Source: Fimbriimonadaceae bacterium (GTDB taxonomy: Bacteria; Armatimonadota; Fimbriimonadia; Fimbriimonadales; Fimbriimonadaceae). Taken from it: a DNA stretch of 64,000 bases. The notes beneath the pieces were generated by a model. The model did not search any database. It was not told the origin of the DNA and saw only the letters and a program-made list of their open reading frames with translations. The DNA lies in contig CAXXNR010000001.1 of assembly GCA_963666135.2 (NCBI GenBank), positions 1,513,853 through 1,577,852 on the forward strand, given 5' to 3'. This document shows positions 9,741-17,666 of the stretch, piece by piece; positions within the stretch are counted from its first letter, which is position 1, and each line of letters starts with the position of its first letter. A program made the position numbers and the translations under genes.

Positions 9741-9806
9741 CCGGGCAAGGGACATCTATGGGGGCTGCCGTGCTTGAAACGATAACCCACAGACTTCGGC
9801 CCGGAA
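9741..9806 (-). ncRNA. Y-RNA-like gene 5 (minimal, about 66 nt, no tRNA-like module)
   Basis: The minus strand reads CCGGGCCGAAGUCUGUGGGUUAUCG...CCCCCAUAGAUGUCCCUUGCCCGG. The 5' CCGGGC-C-GA pairs with 3' UUGCCCGG, leaving a bulged C as in the Ro-binding helix. An upper stem forms between CUGUGGG and CCCAUAG. Ends are +/-5 nt. Confidence 0.7.
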
Positions 9807-9821
9807 GCCGACAAGGAAAGA

Positions 9822-9949
9822 GCCTGGGCAAGGTGTGTCCTTGGGCGTTTAGGCGCTTTACCGATTAAGCTACGTCCTTGCGGACGGCTGGATTCGAAAC
9901 CAGCAACTCCCCGGTTTAGAGACGGTAACCCACGAACATCGGCCCAGGC
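9822..9949 (-). ncRNA. Y-RNA-like gene 4 with tRNA-like module (YrlA-type)
   Basis: 5' GCCUGGGCCGAUGUUCGUGGGUUACCG pairs with 3' CACACCUUGCCCAGGC. Internal elements are a T-arm-like GCUGG-UUUCGAAU-CCAGC, a hairpin GUCCGCAAGGAC and a D-arm-like GUAGCUUAAUCGGUAAAGCGC. Confidence 0.75.
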
Positions 9950-9960
9950 TAGGATGGCGC

Positions 9961-10076
9961 GTGCGGGCAAGGAGCGGCATTAGGATTTCTCCGCCTTTCG
10001 GTCGGAGGGAGTTCCGTCAGGTTTCCCCGCCGGTTGGTGCTACTCTAAGCGATAACCCAAAACCATCGGCCCGCAC
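9961..10076 (-). ncRNA. Y-RNA-like gene 3 (no obvious T-arm)
   Basis: 5' GUGCGGGCCGAUGGUUUUGGGUUAUCG pairs with 3' CUCCUUGCCCGCAC. There is an internal hairpin CUCCG-ACCGAAAGG-CGGAG. Confidence 0.65.
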
Positions 10077-10085
10077 AAGAATGTC

Positions 10086-10211
10086 GAGTCTGGGCAAGTT
10101 GCGCCGCTGGCAAGCGCTCTAACCTCTGAGCTACGTCCTTTCGGACGGCCGGAATCGAACCGGCGACCACTCGCTTAACAGGCGATAATCCAACAGCATC
10201 GGCCCAGACGA
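10086..10211 (-). ncRNA. Y-RNA-like gene 2 with tRNA-like module (YrlA-type)
   Basis: 5' UCUGGGCCGAUGCUGUUGGAUUAUCG pairs with 3' AACUUGCCCAGA. It has a perfect T-arm (GCCGG-UUCGAUU-CCGGC), a hairpin GUCCGAAAGGAC and a D-arm (GUAGCUCAGAGGUUAGAGCGC). Confidence 0.78.
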
Positions 10212-10217
10212 ATCTGA

Positions 10218-10340
10218 GAAGCGCGGGCAAGGGGCGGACTGGGAAAACTTCTAGCCTTTCAGCTTGAAGCGCGAGATTTGAACCCGCTAGCCAATGTTTG
10301 TTGACCTTAACCGATAACCCAGACCTTCGGCCCGCACGAA
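10218..10340 (-). ncRNA. Y-RNA-like gene 1 with T-arm-like module
   Basis: 5' GCGGGCCGAAGGUCUGGGUUAUCGG pairs with 3' CCCCUUGCCCGCGC. It has a T-arm-like GCGGG-UUCAAAU-CUCGC. Confidence 0.7.
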
Positions 10341-10559
10341 CCATGTCAAGCCGGGTTCCATCCCATTCCCGGCGGAATTACAAGATGCTCTCGTTAGGCG
10401 CAAGACAGAGAGTTGTACAAATGCGCTTTGCGAGTGCAAGGAGTAATCTGACGAGCAAAGAAATCAAAAGGTTTCGGTTTTTATGTAAAAAACGAATTTC
10501 GTGGCACTTTCGATGAGCCTAACAGGTTTTCCAGCGGCTTTAGGCGGTAGCTTGTTAGT

Positions 10560-10964
10560 ATGGCCATGTTGCCGACAGTCGTTGTTGCTCTCGATTTGCT
10601 TCCTCATCTCGCGAAATGCGCGAAGGAACGCAAGACAATCACTTATGCCGAGCTTGGAACCTTGGTCGGTAAGTCTGCCTATTACCTCAGCAAGTCGCTC
10701 GATATCTTGAAAGACAAGTTCCTGCTTGCGCACCGTTTGCCTCGGTTGGATGCTCTGATCATCAAGAACCCAACCAAAGGAGCCGCCGACAGGTTCCTCG
10801 ATCCTGGCAGCGATCCAATGACCGCTGAGGAATATGAGAAGCATGTCGAGTCGCTAAGGCAAGAAGTTTACGCCTATGATCGATGGGACGAGATTGTAGA
10901 GAAACTTCAGGCGCATTATGGCGACTCGGAGTATATGAAGCACGCAGTTGCCCTGAAGCAATAA
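10560..10964 (+). CDS. hypothetical protein, possibly a winged-helix DNA-binding fold
   Basis: 134-aa ORF of ordinary composition. KTITYAELGTLVGKSAYYLSKSLDIL looks like a helix-turn-helix segment. The competing antisense ORF 10464-10844 has no recognisable features. Confidence 0.45.
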   Translation: MAMLPTVVVALDLLPHLAKCAKERKTITYAELGTLVGKSAYYLSKSLDILKDKFLLAHRLPRLDALIIKNPTKGAADRFLDPGSDPMTAEEYEKHVESLRQEVYAYDRWDEIVEKLQAHYGDSEYMKHAVALKQ

Positions 10965-10980
10965 GCGGCCGCACCTTTCC

Positions 10981-11283
10981 CTAGTGGATCGCCAGACCGA
11001 ACGGCTCTACGATGCCCGTCATCACACCTTCTGCGATGCACGGATCCTCCTTCATTAAGGCCTCGGCTTCCTCGTCGTTCTCGGCATAGAACACGGCGAT
11101 GCCCGTGATATCGCCTTCTATCGTTCGCCCGGCGAGTACCAAAATGCCATCTTCCTTCAGCTTCAGCAGCCGTTGAAAATGCCTTGAGACGGTGTCCTTC
11201 TCCTCTTCGGTCGGACTGAACGGCATCTCGGGACGCGAAGGCTTCAGGGTAAGCAAATATGCGCGCTTCTGGCTCATACCCAT
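10981..11283 (-). CDS. YciI-family protein
   Basis: About 100 aa. Pattern: YLLTLKP....P.S.EE......HF..L..L...G.LVLAGR.......GI.V..A....EA..L...DP. Confidence 0.7.
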   Translation of the reverse strand: MGMSQKRAYLLTLKPSRPEMPFSPTEEEKDTVSRHFQRLLKLKEDGILVLAGRTIEGDITGIAVFYAENDEEAEALMKEDPCIAEGVMTGIVEPFGLAIH

Positions 11284-11320
11284 TAGGATAAGCCAAACCG
11301 ATGGCCTTAACCAAGGACTT

Positions 11321-11851
11321 CTAGAGCTTTTGGCCGCCGGTTAGACTCGTTGCCCGTCCATCGGCATACGCCGCCGTGCTTCGCGAGTGCCTCGGCGGAT
11401 TTGGCAGCGTCGCTTCCTTCGAATGCGCATTTCTGGAAAGATCAGACGACTCAAAAAGGAGCACTTGCTTATTGATCTCCTTCAGGCTGCCCAGAGCTGC
11501 AAAGCTGAGGCCGTCGGACATGGCGAAGCCGTACTCATCCCTGCCGACGGCGGGACACCGCATCCTAGAGCCAGTGTCTCCATCCCCTTGAGGCACGTAC
11601 TTCTCGACACGGTCCATCCAAGTAGCCGCACCGGGAAAGCAACCGTCGTTCTCCTCCGCGTACATCAGCATTCCGGCCGCGGTTCGCTTCATGTTGGCGA
11701 AACAGGCTGAGTTGAATGCCGTGGTCCGCGAGCTGCGGAATATCGGGAAGAGGATCGCTGACAGCACGAGCAGCACGCCAACGATCAGGAGCACACCAAG
11801 CATCGAGTTCCGTTGAACCATGATGGCCGAATTGCCTGTTTCGCTACTCAT
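11321..11851 (-). CDS. membrane-anchored DUF1559/'H-X9-DG'-like protein
   Basis: N-terminal TM helix followed by ILFPIFRSSR. The C-terminal HSRSTAAYADGRA is like the H-Xn-DG motif. It is a paralog of the next gene. Confidence 0.65.
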   Translation of the reverse strand: MSSETGNSAIMVQRNSMLGVLLIVGVLLVLSAILFPIFRSSRTTAFNSACFANMKRTAAGMLMYAEENDGCFPGAATWMDRVEKYVPQGDGDTGSRMRCPAVGRDEYGFAMSDGLSFAALGSLKEINKQVLLFESSDLSRNAHSKEATLPNPPRHSRSTAAYADGRATSLTGGQKL

Positions 11852-11854
11852 CGG

Positions 11855-12412
11855 TTATCTTATCTGCTCCGGTTTCTTCGACTCGACATGTCCATCCGCA
11901 TAGCCTAAATTGACTTTTGTGTGTCTCCCACTGGTTGGTAACGTCGACAAATCCGAGTGGGCATTCGGCTCGCGCAAGTTGGAGTCAAAAATCATTGGTT
12001 CGTTCTGGGGCATCGCGATCTGGCCTAAGGCTAAGCTGGTTAAGGAGTCGCTATAGGCATAACCATACATGTGTGGAACTCCAGGGCAGTGGAAAACATC
12101 CTCTTTAATGACGTACTTGCGAACGGCATCATTCCAATTTGTCGCGAACGGTAGCTTGTCGTCGTTCTCTGCGGCATACATCAATGCTCCGTTGCTGAGC
12201 TGCTTCAGGTTCGACATGCACATTGTGTTCTTCGCGGAATTCTTGGCTTGCGAGAACACCGGAAAAAGTATAGCTGCTAATATCGGCACAAGCAGGCAGA
12301 AAAAGCCAAGCACGCAAGCCAGAACGATGATTACGATCTTCGTCGAGTTGTTTCTCGGCGGCTGATTAGTCTGAGCGTAGGGCGGCTGCTGGTATGGAGG
12401 AGGTGTCTGCAT
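11855..12412 (-). CDS. membrane-anchored DUF1559/'H-X9-DG'-like protein with Pro/Gln-rich N-terminus
   Basis: MQTPPPYQQPPYAQTNQPP, then a TM helix, then ILFPVFSQAKNSAKNTMCMSNLKQL. The C-terminal motif is GRHTKVNLGYADGHV. Confidence 0.7.
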   Translation of the reverse strand: MQTPPPYQQPPYAQTNQPPRNNSTKIVIIVLACVLGFFCLLVPILAAILFPVFSQAKNSAKNTMCMSNLKQLSNGALMYAAENDDKLPFATNWNDAVRKYVIKEDVFHCPGVPHMYGYAYSDSLTSLALGQIAMPQNEPMIFDSNLREPNAHSDLSTLPTSGRHTKVNLGYADGHVESKKPEQIR

Positions 12413-12520
12413 AAGGGTTCCTATTAACCAGACGCTCGAACCATTGCGAATCGTCTCATCTAGATTTCCCTTCGTCGCTTAAGTGGCGATATGGGGCGAT
12501 CAAGTAAACTCTCAAGCATC

Positions 12521-13714
12521 ATGAAGGTTCTCGTTGCGGATAAATTCGAACAAAGTGGTTTGGACGGGCTGAAAGCCCTTGGCGTTGAAGTCATTTTCGA
12601 TCCTTCGCTGAAGGAAGACGCCCTAGAAGCGAAGATCAAGGAAACCGAGGCGCAGGTTCTCATCGTCCGATCGACCAAGGTGACTGCTCCTATGCTCACC
12701 GGAGTCAAACTCGGCCTCGTCATCCGCGCAGGCGCAGGCGTCAATACCATCGACGTCGAGACCGCCATCAAGAACGGCGTTAAAGTCGCCAATTGCCCCG
12801 GTAAGAACAGCATCGCCGTCGCCGAACTCGCGCTCGGCCTGATGCTCGCGGTCGACCGCAAGATTCCAGACAACGTGATTGAGCTTCGCGCCGGCAATTG
12901 GAAGAAAGGCGCTTTTTCGAAGTCGCGCGGCCTTCACGGTCGAACGGTCGGTCTCATCGGCCTCGGCAACATTGCGCAAGAAGTTGTGAAGCGCGCCCAG
13001 GCGTTCGGCATGCGCGTCGTGGCCTATAGCCGCTGGATCACCCCCGAAATAGCCGCCGCTCTCGGAGTCGCCCGAGCTTCGAGCATCTATGAAGTCGCCG
13101 AGCTTTCCGATTTCGTCTCGATTCATGTCAGCTTGAACCCGGCAACGAGGGGCATGATCAACGAAGAGTTCTTCTCCAAGATGAAGAAAGGTGCAACGCT
13201 GATCAACACCAGCCGAGCCGAAGTCGTCGATGGCGCTGCTCTTCGCAAAGCGCTTGAGGAAGGCAAGATTTGCGCCGGACTCGACGTATTTGAGGGCGAG
13301 CCTGCCGGTTCCGAAGGCGAATACGACGGACCGATGAAGGACATCAAGAACGCCTATTGCACGCATCACATCGGCGCGAGCACCGAGCAAGCCCAAGAAG
13401 CCGTTGCCAGTGAGACGGTTCGCATAGTCAAGGAATTCATGGCCAGCGGAGTTGCCCTGAATGAGGTTAAGGGCGGCAAGAGCGGCGGATCGGAAGCCGT
13501 TATCGTGGTTCGCTGCCGCGACGAGGAATGCGCTCTCCAGTCGATCATCGCCGAACTCGCCAAGGCAGGTTCGACGGTCACCGAGTCGGAGTACATCACG
13601 CTACAAGGCGCTCTCATCGCCGAACTCGCGCTGGACAAGAAGCCGAGTGAGGAGACGGTGTGGAAGCTGAGAACTATGTCCTGCGTCCTCGACGCTAGCG
13701 TCATGGCGCTGTAG
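12521..13714 (+). CDS. serA: D-3-phosphoglycerate dehydrogenase-type 2-hydroxyacid dehydrogenase with C-terminal regulatory (ACT-like) domain
   Basis: MKVLVADK start and an NAD-binding GLIGLGNIAQEVVKRAQAFGMRVVAY. Catalytic-region residues include SRAEVVD and HIGAST. The roughly 80-aa C-terminal extension is ACT-like. Confidence 0.8.
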   Translation: MKVLVADKFEQSGLDGLKALGVEVIFDPSLKEDALEAKIKETEAQVLIVRSTKVTAPMLTGVKLGLVIRAGAGVNTIDVETAIKNGVKVANCPGKNSIAVAELALGLMLAVDRKIPDNVIELRAGNWKKGAFSKSRGLHGRTVGLIGLGNIAQEVVKRAQAFGMRVVAYSRWITPEIAAALGVARASSIYEVAELSDFVSIHVSLNPATRGMINEEFFSKMKKGATLINTSRAEVVDGAALRKALEEGKICAGLDVFEGEPAGSEGEYDGPMKDIKNAYCTHHIGASTEQAQEAVASETVRIVKEFMASGVALNEVKGGKSGGSEAVIVVRCRDEECALQSIIAELAKAGSTVTESEYITLQGALIAELALDKKPSEETVWKLRTMSCVLDASVMAL

Positions 13715-13746
13715 CTAAAATACCGTTCATATCCATCGCGCGACCA

Positions 13747-13785
13747 AACGAATCCCCGATTCTAAGCTAGATTGGGGGATTCGTT
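13747..13785 (+). terminator. hairpin downstream of serA
   Basis: AACGAATCCCC ... GGGGATTCGTT forms an 11-bp stem 33 nt after the stop codon. There is no clear U-tract. Confidence 0.4.
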
Positions 13786-13959
13786 AGCATTATCAAGCGC
13801 GAGTCGGCTTGGCAACCCGATCCGCTGCGAAGCTCTTGACTGACTCGCTGGCGATCACGGCATCAGCGCTTCACTCGTGATGCCGCAGGTTTGCGTCGAT
13901 ATCACCGGGGTCGCCTAACGGGCAGGATCAAAAACAAATCCTGACCAATCCAAACTAAT

Positions 13960-13980
13960 CCATGGGCTGGAAGCCCATGG
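13960..13980 (-). terminator. hairpin downstream of the aldo/keto reductase gene
   Basis: CCATGGGCT-gga-AGCCCATGG is a perfect 9-bp stem 7 nt past the stop on the minus strand. It is followed by the T-containing ATTAGTTTGG. Confidence 0.45.
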
Positions 13981-13986
13981 TACATC

Positions 13987-14931
13987 CTAAGGTAGCGGCT
14001 TCATCCGCGCGGCGACCAGCAGCTTGTACCAATCCTCGCGGTCGAGTTCGATCTCATCGGCTTTCGCGGCCGCCTTAATGTTCTCGGGCTTTGCGCTGCC
14101 GACAATCGGGATGATCTTGCTCGGATGCTTCATCAGCCAAGCCAGAGCAATAACCGTTCGAGATACACCATACTTCGAGGCCATCTCGTCCATCAGCTTC
14201 AGGAGCGCTTTCTGCTCCTCGGCGAAACCCTCATCGTCGGCGATCACGCTATTGTCGCCGAGTTTTCCGCCAGCCAGGGGACTCCACGAAAGCGGCGTGA
14301 TGTCCTTCTCAATGCATTGGTCGAGTGTGCCGTCGTAGAAGCAATTGAGCCTGCGCGGGTGGATTTCGACTTGGTTGACAACAAGCGGGAATGGCAAACC
14401 GGCTTGCAGGCACGAGACGAACGACGGCAGGAAGTTGGATACGCCAAACCAGCGGACCTTGCCCTGCTTGTGCAGGATCTCGAACGCTTCGCACACTTCT
14501 TGAGGATCCATCAGAAGGTCGGGACGGTGAAGCTGATAAATGTCGATGGTCTCGACGCCTAGCCGCTCAAGCGACTGATCGCACGACCATAGGATGTGCT
14601 CCTTGCTGAAGTCGTATCGGTGCGGGGAATCAGGACTGGGTTCGCCGCCGAACCGGATGCCGCACTTGGTCGCGATGATGACATCCTTGCGCATCGACGG
14701 CACTTTCTTGAGCACCCGGCCGAACGCGCTCTCGCAGCCGCCTCGGCAATAGATGTCGGCGTGGTCAAAGAGCGTATAGCCCGACTCGTAGGCGGCCAAG
14801 ATCGCCTTCTCAGCCATCTCCCATTTGGCATCGTCGATCTCATTGGGATTCCAGGTGCCAACGACGCGCATGCAACCGTAGGAAAGCCTCGACGAGACAA
14901 TGTCCGACTTACCGATCTTCTGCGTTCTCAT
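13987..14931 (-). CDS. aldo/keto reductase
   Basis: LSYGCMR...TLFDHADIY..G..E..FG, WFGVSNF and IPIVGS.KPENI form the AKR signature. Confidence 0.88.
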   Translation of the reverse strand: MRTQKIGKSDIVSSRLSYGCMRVVGTWNPNEIDDAKWEMAEKAILAAYESGYTLFDHADIYCRGGCESAFGRVLKKVPSMRKDVIIATKCGIRFGGEPSPDSPHRYDFSKEHILWSCDQSLERLGVETIDIYQLHRPDLLMDPQEVCEAFEILHKQGKVRWFGVSNFLPSFVSCLQAGLPFPLVVNQVEIHPRRLNCFYDGTLDQCIEKDITPLSWSPLAGGKLGDNSVIADDEGFAEEQKALLKLMDEMASKYGVSRTVIALAWLMKHPSKIIPIVGSAKPENIKAAAKADEIELDREDWYKLLVAARMKPLP

Positions 14932-14999
14932 GCGGTCAGGTTACCGCACGATCTAGTGAACGTAATCACGTCCTACGTCTTACGTCTTACGTCTGGCAA

Positions 15000-17123
15000 T
15001 CAGCCCAGAAAAACGCCTTCGTCGTCCTGCGGCCCTGGCAGACTGTCCAATGCAGGAGCGAACGCAGGCGCTTCGGCGGCCAGTTCGGCCAAAGCTTCGC
15101 GGGAGTTAAACACCGGCGTGCCCGGCTCAATGCGAAGGATCAGCTCAGAGCAAATCTTCCAGCCCGGCTTCGCATCGCCGTCAACCACAAGCGACTGCGG
15201 GAAAGCCTGAACGCGCCGCTCGATGTTCGTGAACGTACCCTCAGCCTCGCCTGGAGCGCAAGCAGGCAAGACAACAGATGCATACGCGGCGGCCTCATTG
15301 TCGACCGTTCCTTGCACAACCAAGAACGGCACCGTCTCAAGAGCCTTTTCAACCAATGCGCGATCGCCGATGGCGGCGAACGGGTCGATATTGGCCAACC
15401 ACAGGGCCTTGATCTTGCCCTCGGCGCATGCTTTCAAAATGCCGTATGTGCCCAAACCGCGCTCTCTCGCAGGAATCGGTTTGCGGCCGGGGAGCATGTC
15501 GGGCAATATGCCGATCTCCTCAGCGCCTTGGCCGTTGGCTGTCAATGCGTATAGGTTGAATGCGCCTTCTCGCGAAGCAGCCAAAGAAGAAAGGTTTTCA
15601 GCGATGGCTTGGCCGTTGTCCAGGTTCAGCAAGCGCCGGGTCGAAGCGATTAGAGTGCCTTCGCCCAAAATCGCAGCAGCCTCGCGCAAGGCCGATGCCG
15701 GAACGCCGCTGACTTCCTCAACTTTCTCAGGAGTCATTTCGCCGGTGCCGGTTGCCAGAGCAAGCAGACCCGCGGCAACCGCAGATGCCGTGCCAGGCTT
15801 ATAGCGCAAGACGACCGAGGCGAAATCGTCGGCTTCTGTCGCTTCATGGTAAGCAACGACGACCTTTGTGCGCTCGTAGAACCAACCCTTTCGAACGCGA
15901 AGGAAAAGAATCGGCAACTCGTCAGCTAGGCTTGTGCCGAACAGCAGAACGCTCGGCGCAGTTTCGAAGTCGGCAATCTTGCTCTGCACGGTCGGTGCGC
16001 CGCCAAGAACCTTCTGGCGATCCTCATAGGAAGGCAGGAACGACGTGAACCGGTGGTCCAGGTTGTTGCTCTTGAAGTGCTTTCGGAACAGCTTTTGTAG
16101 CAGATAGAGGTCCTCGTTCGAGGCGGTGCCGCCAGCAATGGCTGCGACTTCGTTGCCGCCAGGCTTGAACGCTTCGGCGATCTTGGCATAAACTTCGGGC
16201 CAGCTCGAGTTGGTAACGCTGTCGCCTTGGCGAGAAAGCGGAGCCGCCAGCCGCTTCGAGCTGTTTAAATAGTCGTGGCCGAACTTGCCTTTGTCGCAGG
16301 TCCATTCTTCGTTGACGCCTTCGTTGGTTCGGCCGTTGATGCGCACCATCTTGCCTTTGCGGTGGTCCACCCACACGTTGCAGCCGTTCGAGCAGATCGT
16401 GCAGATGCCGGGCTTGGTTTCGAGGTCCCACGGGCGGGCTCGGAAGCGATAATGCGTCGAGGTTAACGCGCCGACTGGACAGATTTCGATGACGTTGCCG
16501 CTAAACTTCGACTTGAAGTCGCCGAGTTTGAAGGTGGCTGGCTGCATCTCGGCGCCGCGGTGGCGGAACGCTAGTTCGGAGTCGCCCGATATCTCCTGTG
16601 TAAAACGAACGCAGCGGCCGCACTGAATGCACCGCTCAAGGTCGAGGGTGACGTATTTGCTGAGCGGATAGGCTTTCGGCGCGTGGCGCTTGTCGTCGAG
16701 AATGAAACGCGTGGTCGACGGGCCGTAGAAAAGCGTGTTGTTCTGGAGCGGGCACTCGCCGCCGCGGTCGCAAATCGGACAGTCAAGCGGGTGGTTGATC
16801 AGCAGGAACTCGAGAACGCCCTTGCGGTCCTTGTGAATCTTGGCGGTGTCGGTGTAAATGACCAAGCCAGGAGTTGCGGGAAGGGTGCAGGCGGCCTGGG
16901 GTTTTGGCATCATGCGCACGGTGCCGTCTTGCTGTTTCGTGCCGACTTCGACGAGGCACATGCGGCACATTCCAACCGGCTTCATGCGCGGGTGATAGCA
17001 GAAGATCGGGATTTCGAGGCCGATTCGTTTGACCGCTTCGACGATCAGTTCACCTTTGGGGACCTGAACTTCGATGTCGTTGATAGTGATGGTGACGGTC
17101 TCGGTTTGTGCGTTGGCTGCCAT
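15000..17123 (-). CDS. NuoG-like NADH dehydrogenase 75-kDa-type Fe-S subunit (orphan, not in a nuo operon)
   Basis: N-terminal [2Fe-2S] motif (CYHPRMKPVGMCRMCLVEV), then HPLDCPICDRGGECPLQ and CIQCGRCVRF [4Fe-4S] motifs, then a molybdopterin-oxidoreductase-like domain. Confidence 0.8.
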   Translation of the reverse strand: MAANAQTETVTITINDIEVQVPKGELIVEAVKRIGLEIPIFCYHPRMKPVGMCRMCLVEVGTKQQDGTVRMMPKPQAACTLPATPGLVIYTDTAKIHKDRKGVLEFLLINHPLDCPICDRGGECPLQNNTLFYGPSTTRFILDDKRHAPKAYPLSKYVTLDLERCIQCGRCVRFTQEISGDSELAFRHRGAEMQPATFKLGDFKSKFSGNVIEICPVGALTSTHYRFRARPWDLETKPGICTICSNGCNVWVDHRKGKMVRINGRTNEGVNEEWTCDKGKFGHDYLNSSKRLAAPLSRQGDSVTNSSWPEVYAKIAEAFKPGGNEVAAIAGGTASNEDLYLLQKLFRKHFKSNNLDHRFTSFLPSYEDRQKVLGGAPTVQSKIADFETAPSVLLFGTSLADELPILFLRVRKGWFYERTKVVVAYHEATEADDFASVVLRYKPGTASAVAAGLLALATGTGEMTPEKVEEVSGVPASALREAAAILGEGTLIASTRRLLNLDNGQAIAENLSSLAASREGAFNLYALTANGQGAEEIGILPDMLPGRKPIPARERGLGTYGILKACAEGKIKALWLANIDPFAAIGDRALVEKALETVPFLVVQGTVDNEAAAYASVVLPACAPGEAEGTFTNIERRVQAFPQSLVVDGDAKPGWKICSELILRIEPGTPVFNSREALAELAAEAPAFAPALDSLPGPQDDEGVFLG

Positions 17124-17666
17124 GCTCGATTAATACTCCCTCGCGCGAGTCAATGAAGGTGTACCCGAAGTGAGGGGTTTGACGCACGGGCTGGACTGGT
17201 TTGAAGGGCACGCATCTCTACCTGGCTGCATCGGATTGACCGTTTGCCATTGACTATTCCTAATCCATTCCGCTTTCCGAGCAGACAGCCTTTCTGGCCT
17301 TTGGCATCAACGGAGACTTTAGTAACGGCCCTTCGACTTCGCCTTCAGACTGGGCTGATATGAATCGCACCTTCGGTGTTCGGTGCGGCGCTCCAGCTTC
17401 CGCTTTGTCATCCTGAGCGTTAGCGAAGGACCTGTCAGTAGCCTTTGCTTTGTGCTAAAAGCATCACCCGACTTCTGCCTGATTCCTAATTTCGCTCGGA
17501 AAGATATAACGGACGCAGGCCCAAGGCCGCCTGCGCCTACAGCTTTGGCTACGATCTGTTCTTTCCTTCCGTGCGCCTAACGTCATACGTCATACGTCCT
17601 GACCACTGCTCGCGAGTACGCTCGCCCTCCAACCCGAGTACCATTTCCCAGCAAAATGGTCAATGG

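Noticed and set aside
9602-9970. N-terminal 123 codons of the 646-aa track ORF 8030-9970(-), which would extend Rsr upstream.
   Set aside because: The extension translates straight through the Y-RNA-like units 5 and 4, giving low-complexity, Arg/Gly/Pro-rich text. ATG 9601 has a GAGGTG Shine-Dalgarno, and MKFSKYL... begins the recognisable TROVE domain.
9860-10180. Possible tRNA genes, because near-perfect T-arms (GGTTCGATTCC) and D-arms (GTAGCTCAGAGGTTAGAGC) occur on the minus strand.
   Set aside because: The arm order is permuted, with the T-arm 5' of the D-arm. There is no anticodon stem-loop or acceptor pairing in tRNA geometry. Each lies inside a longer RNA closed by a Ro-type helix, so I interpret them as the tRNA-like modules of Y RNAs.
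10045-10344. 99-aa ORF on the minus strand.
   Set aside because: It lies entirely over Y-RNA-like units 1-3. Its composition is that of translated structured RNA and it has no start context.
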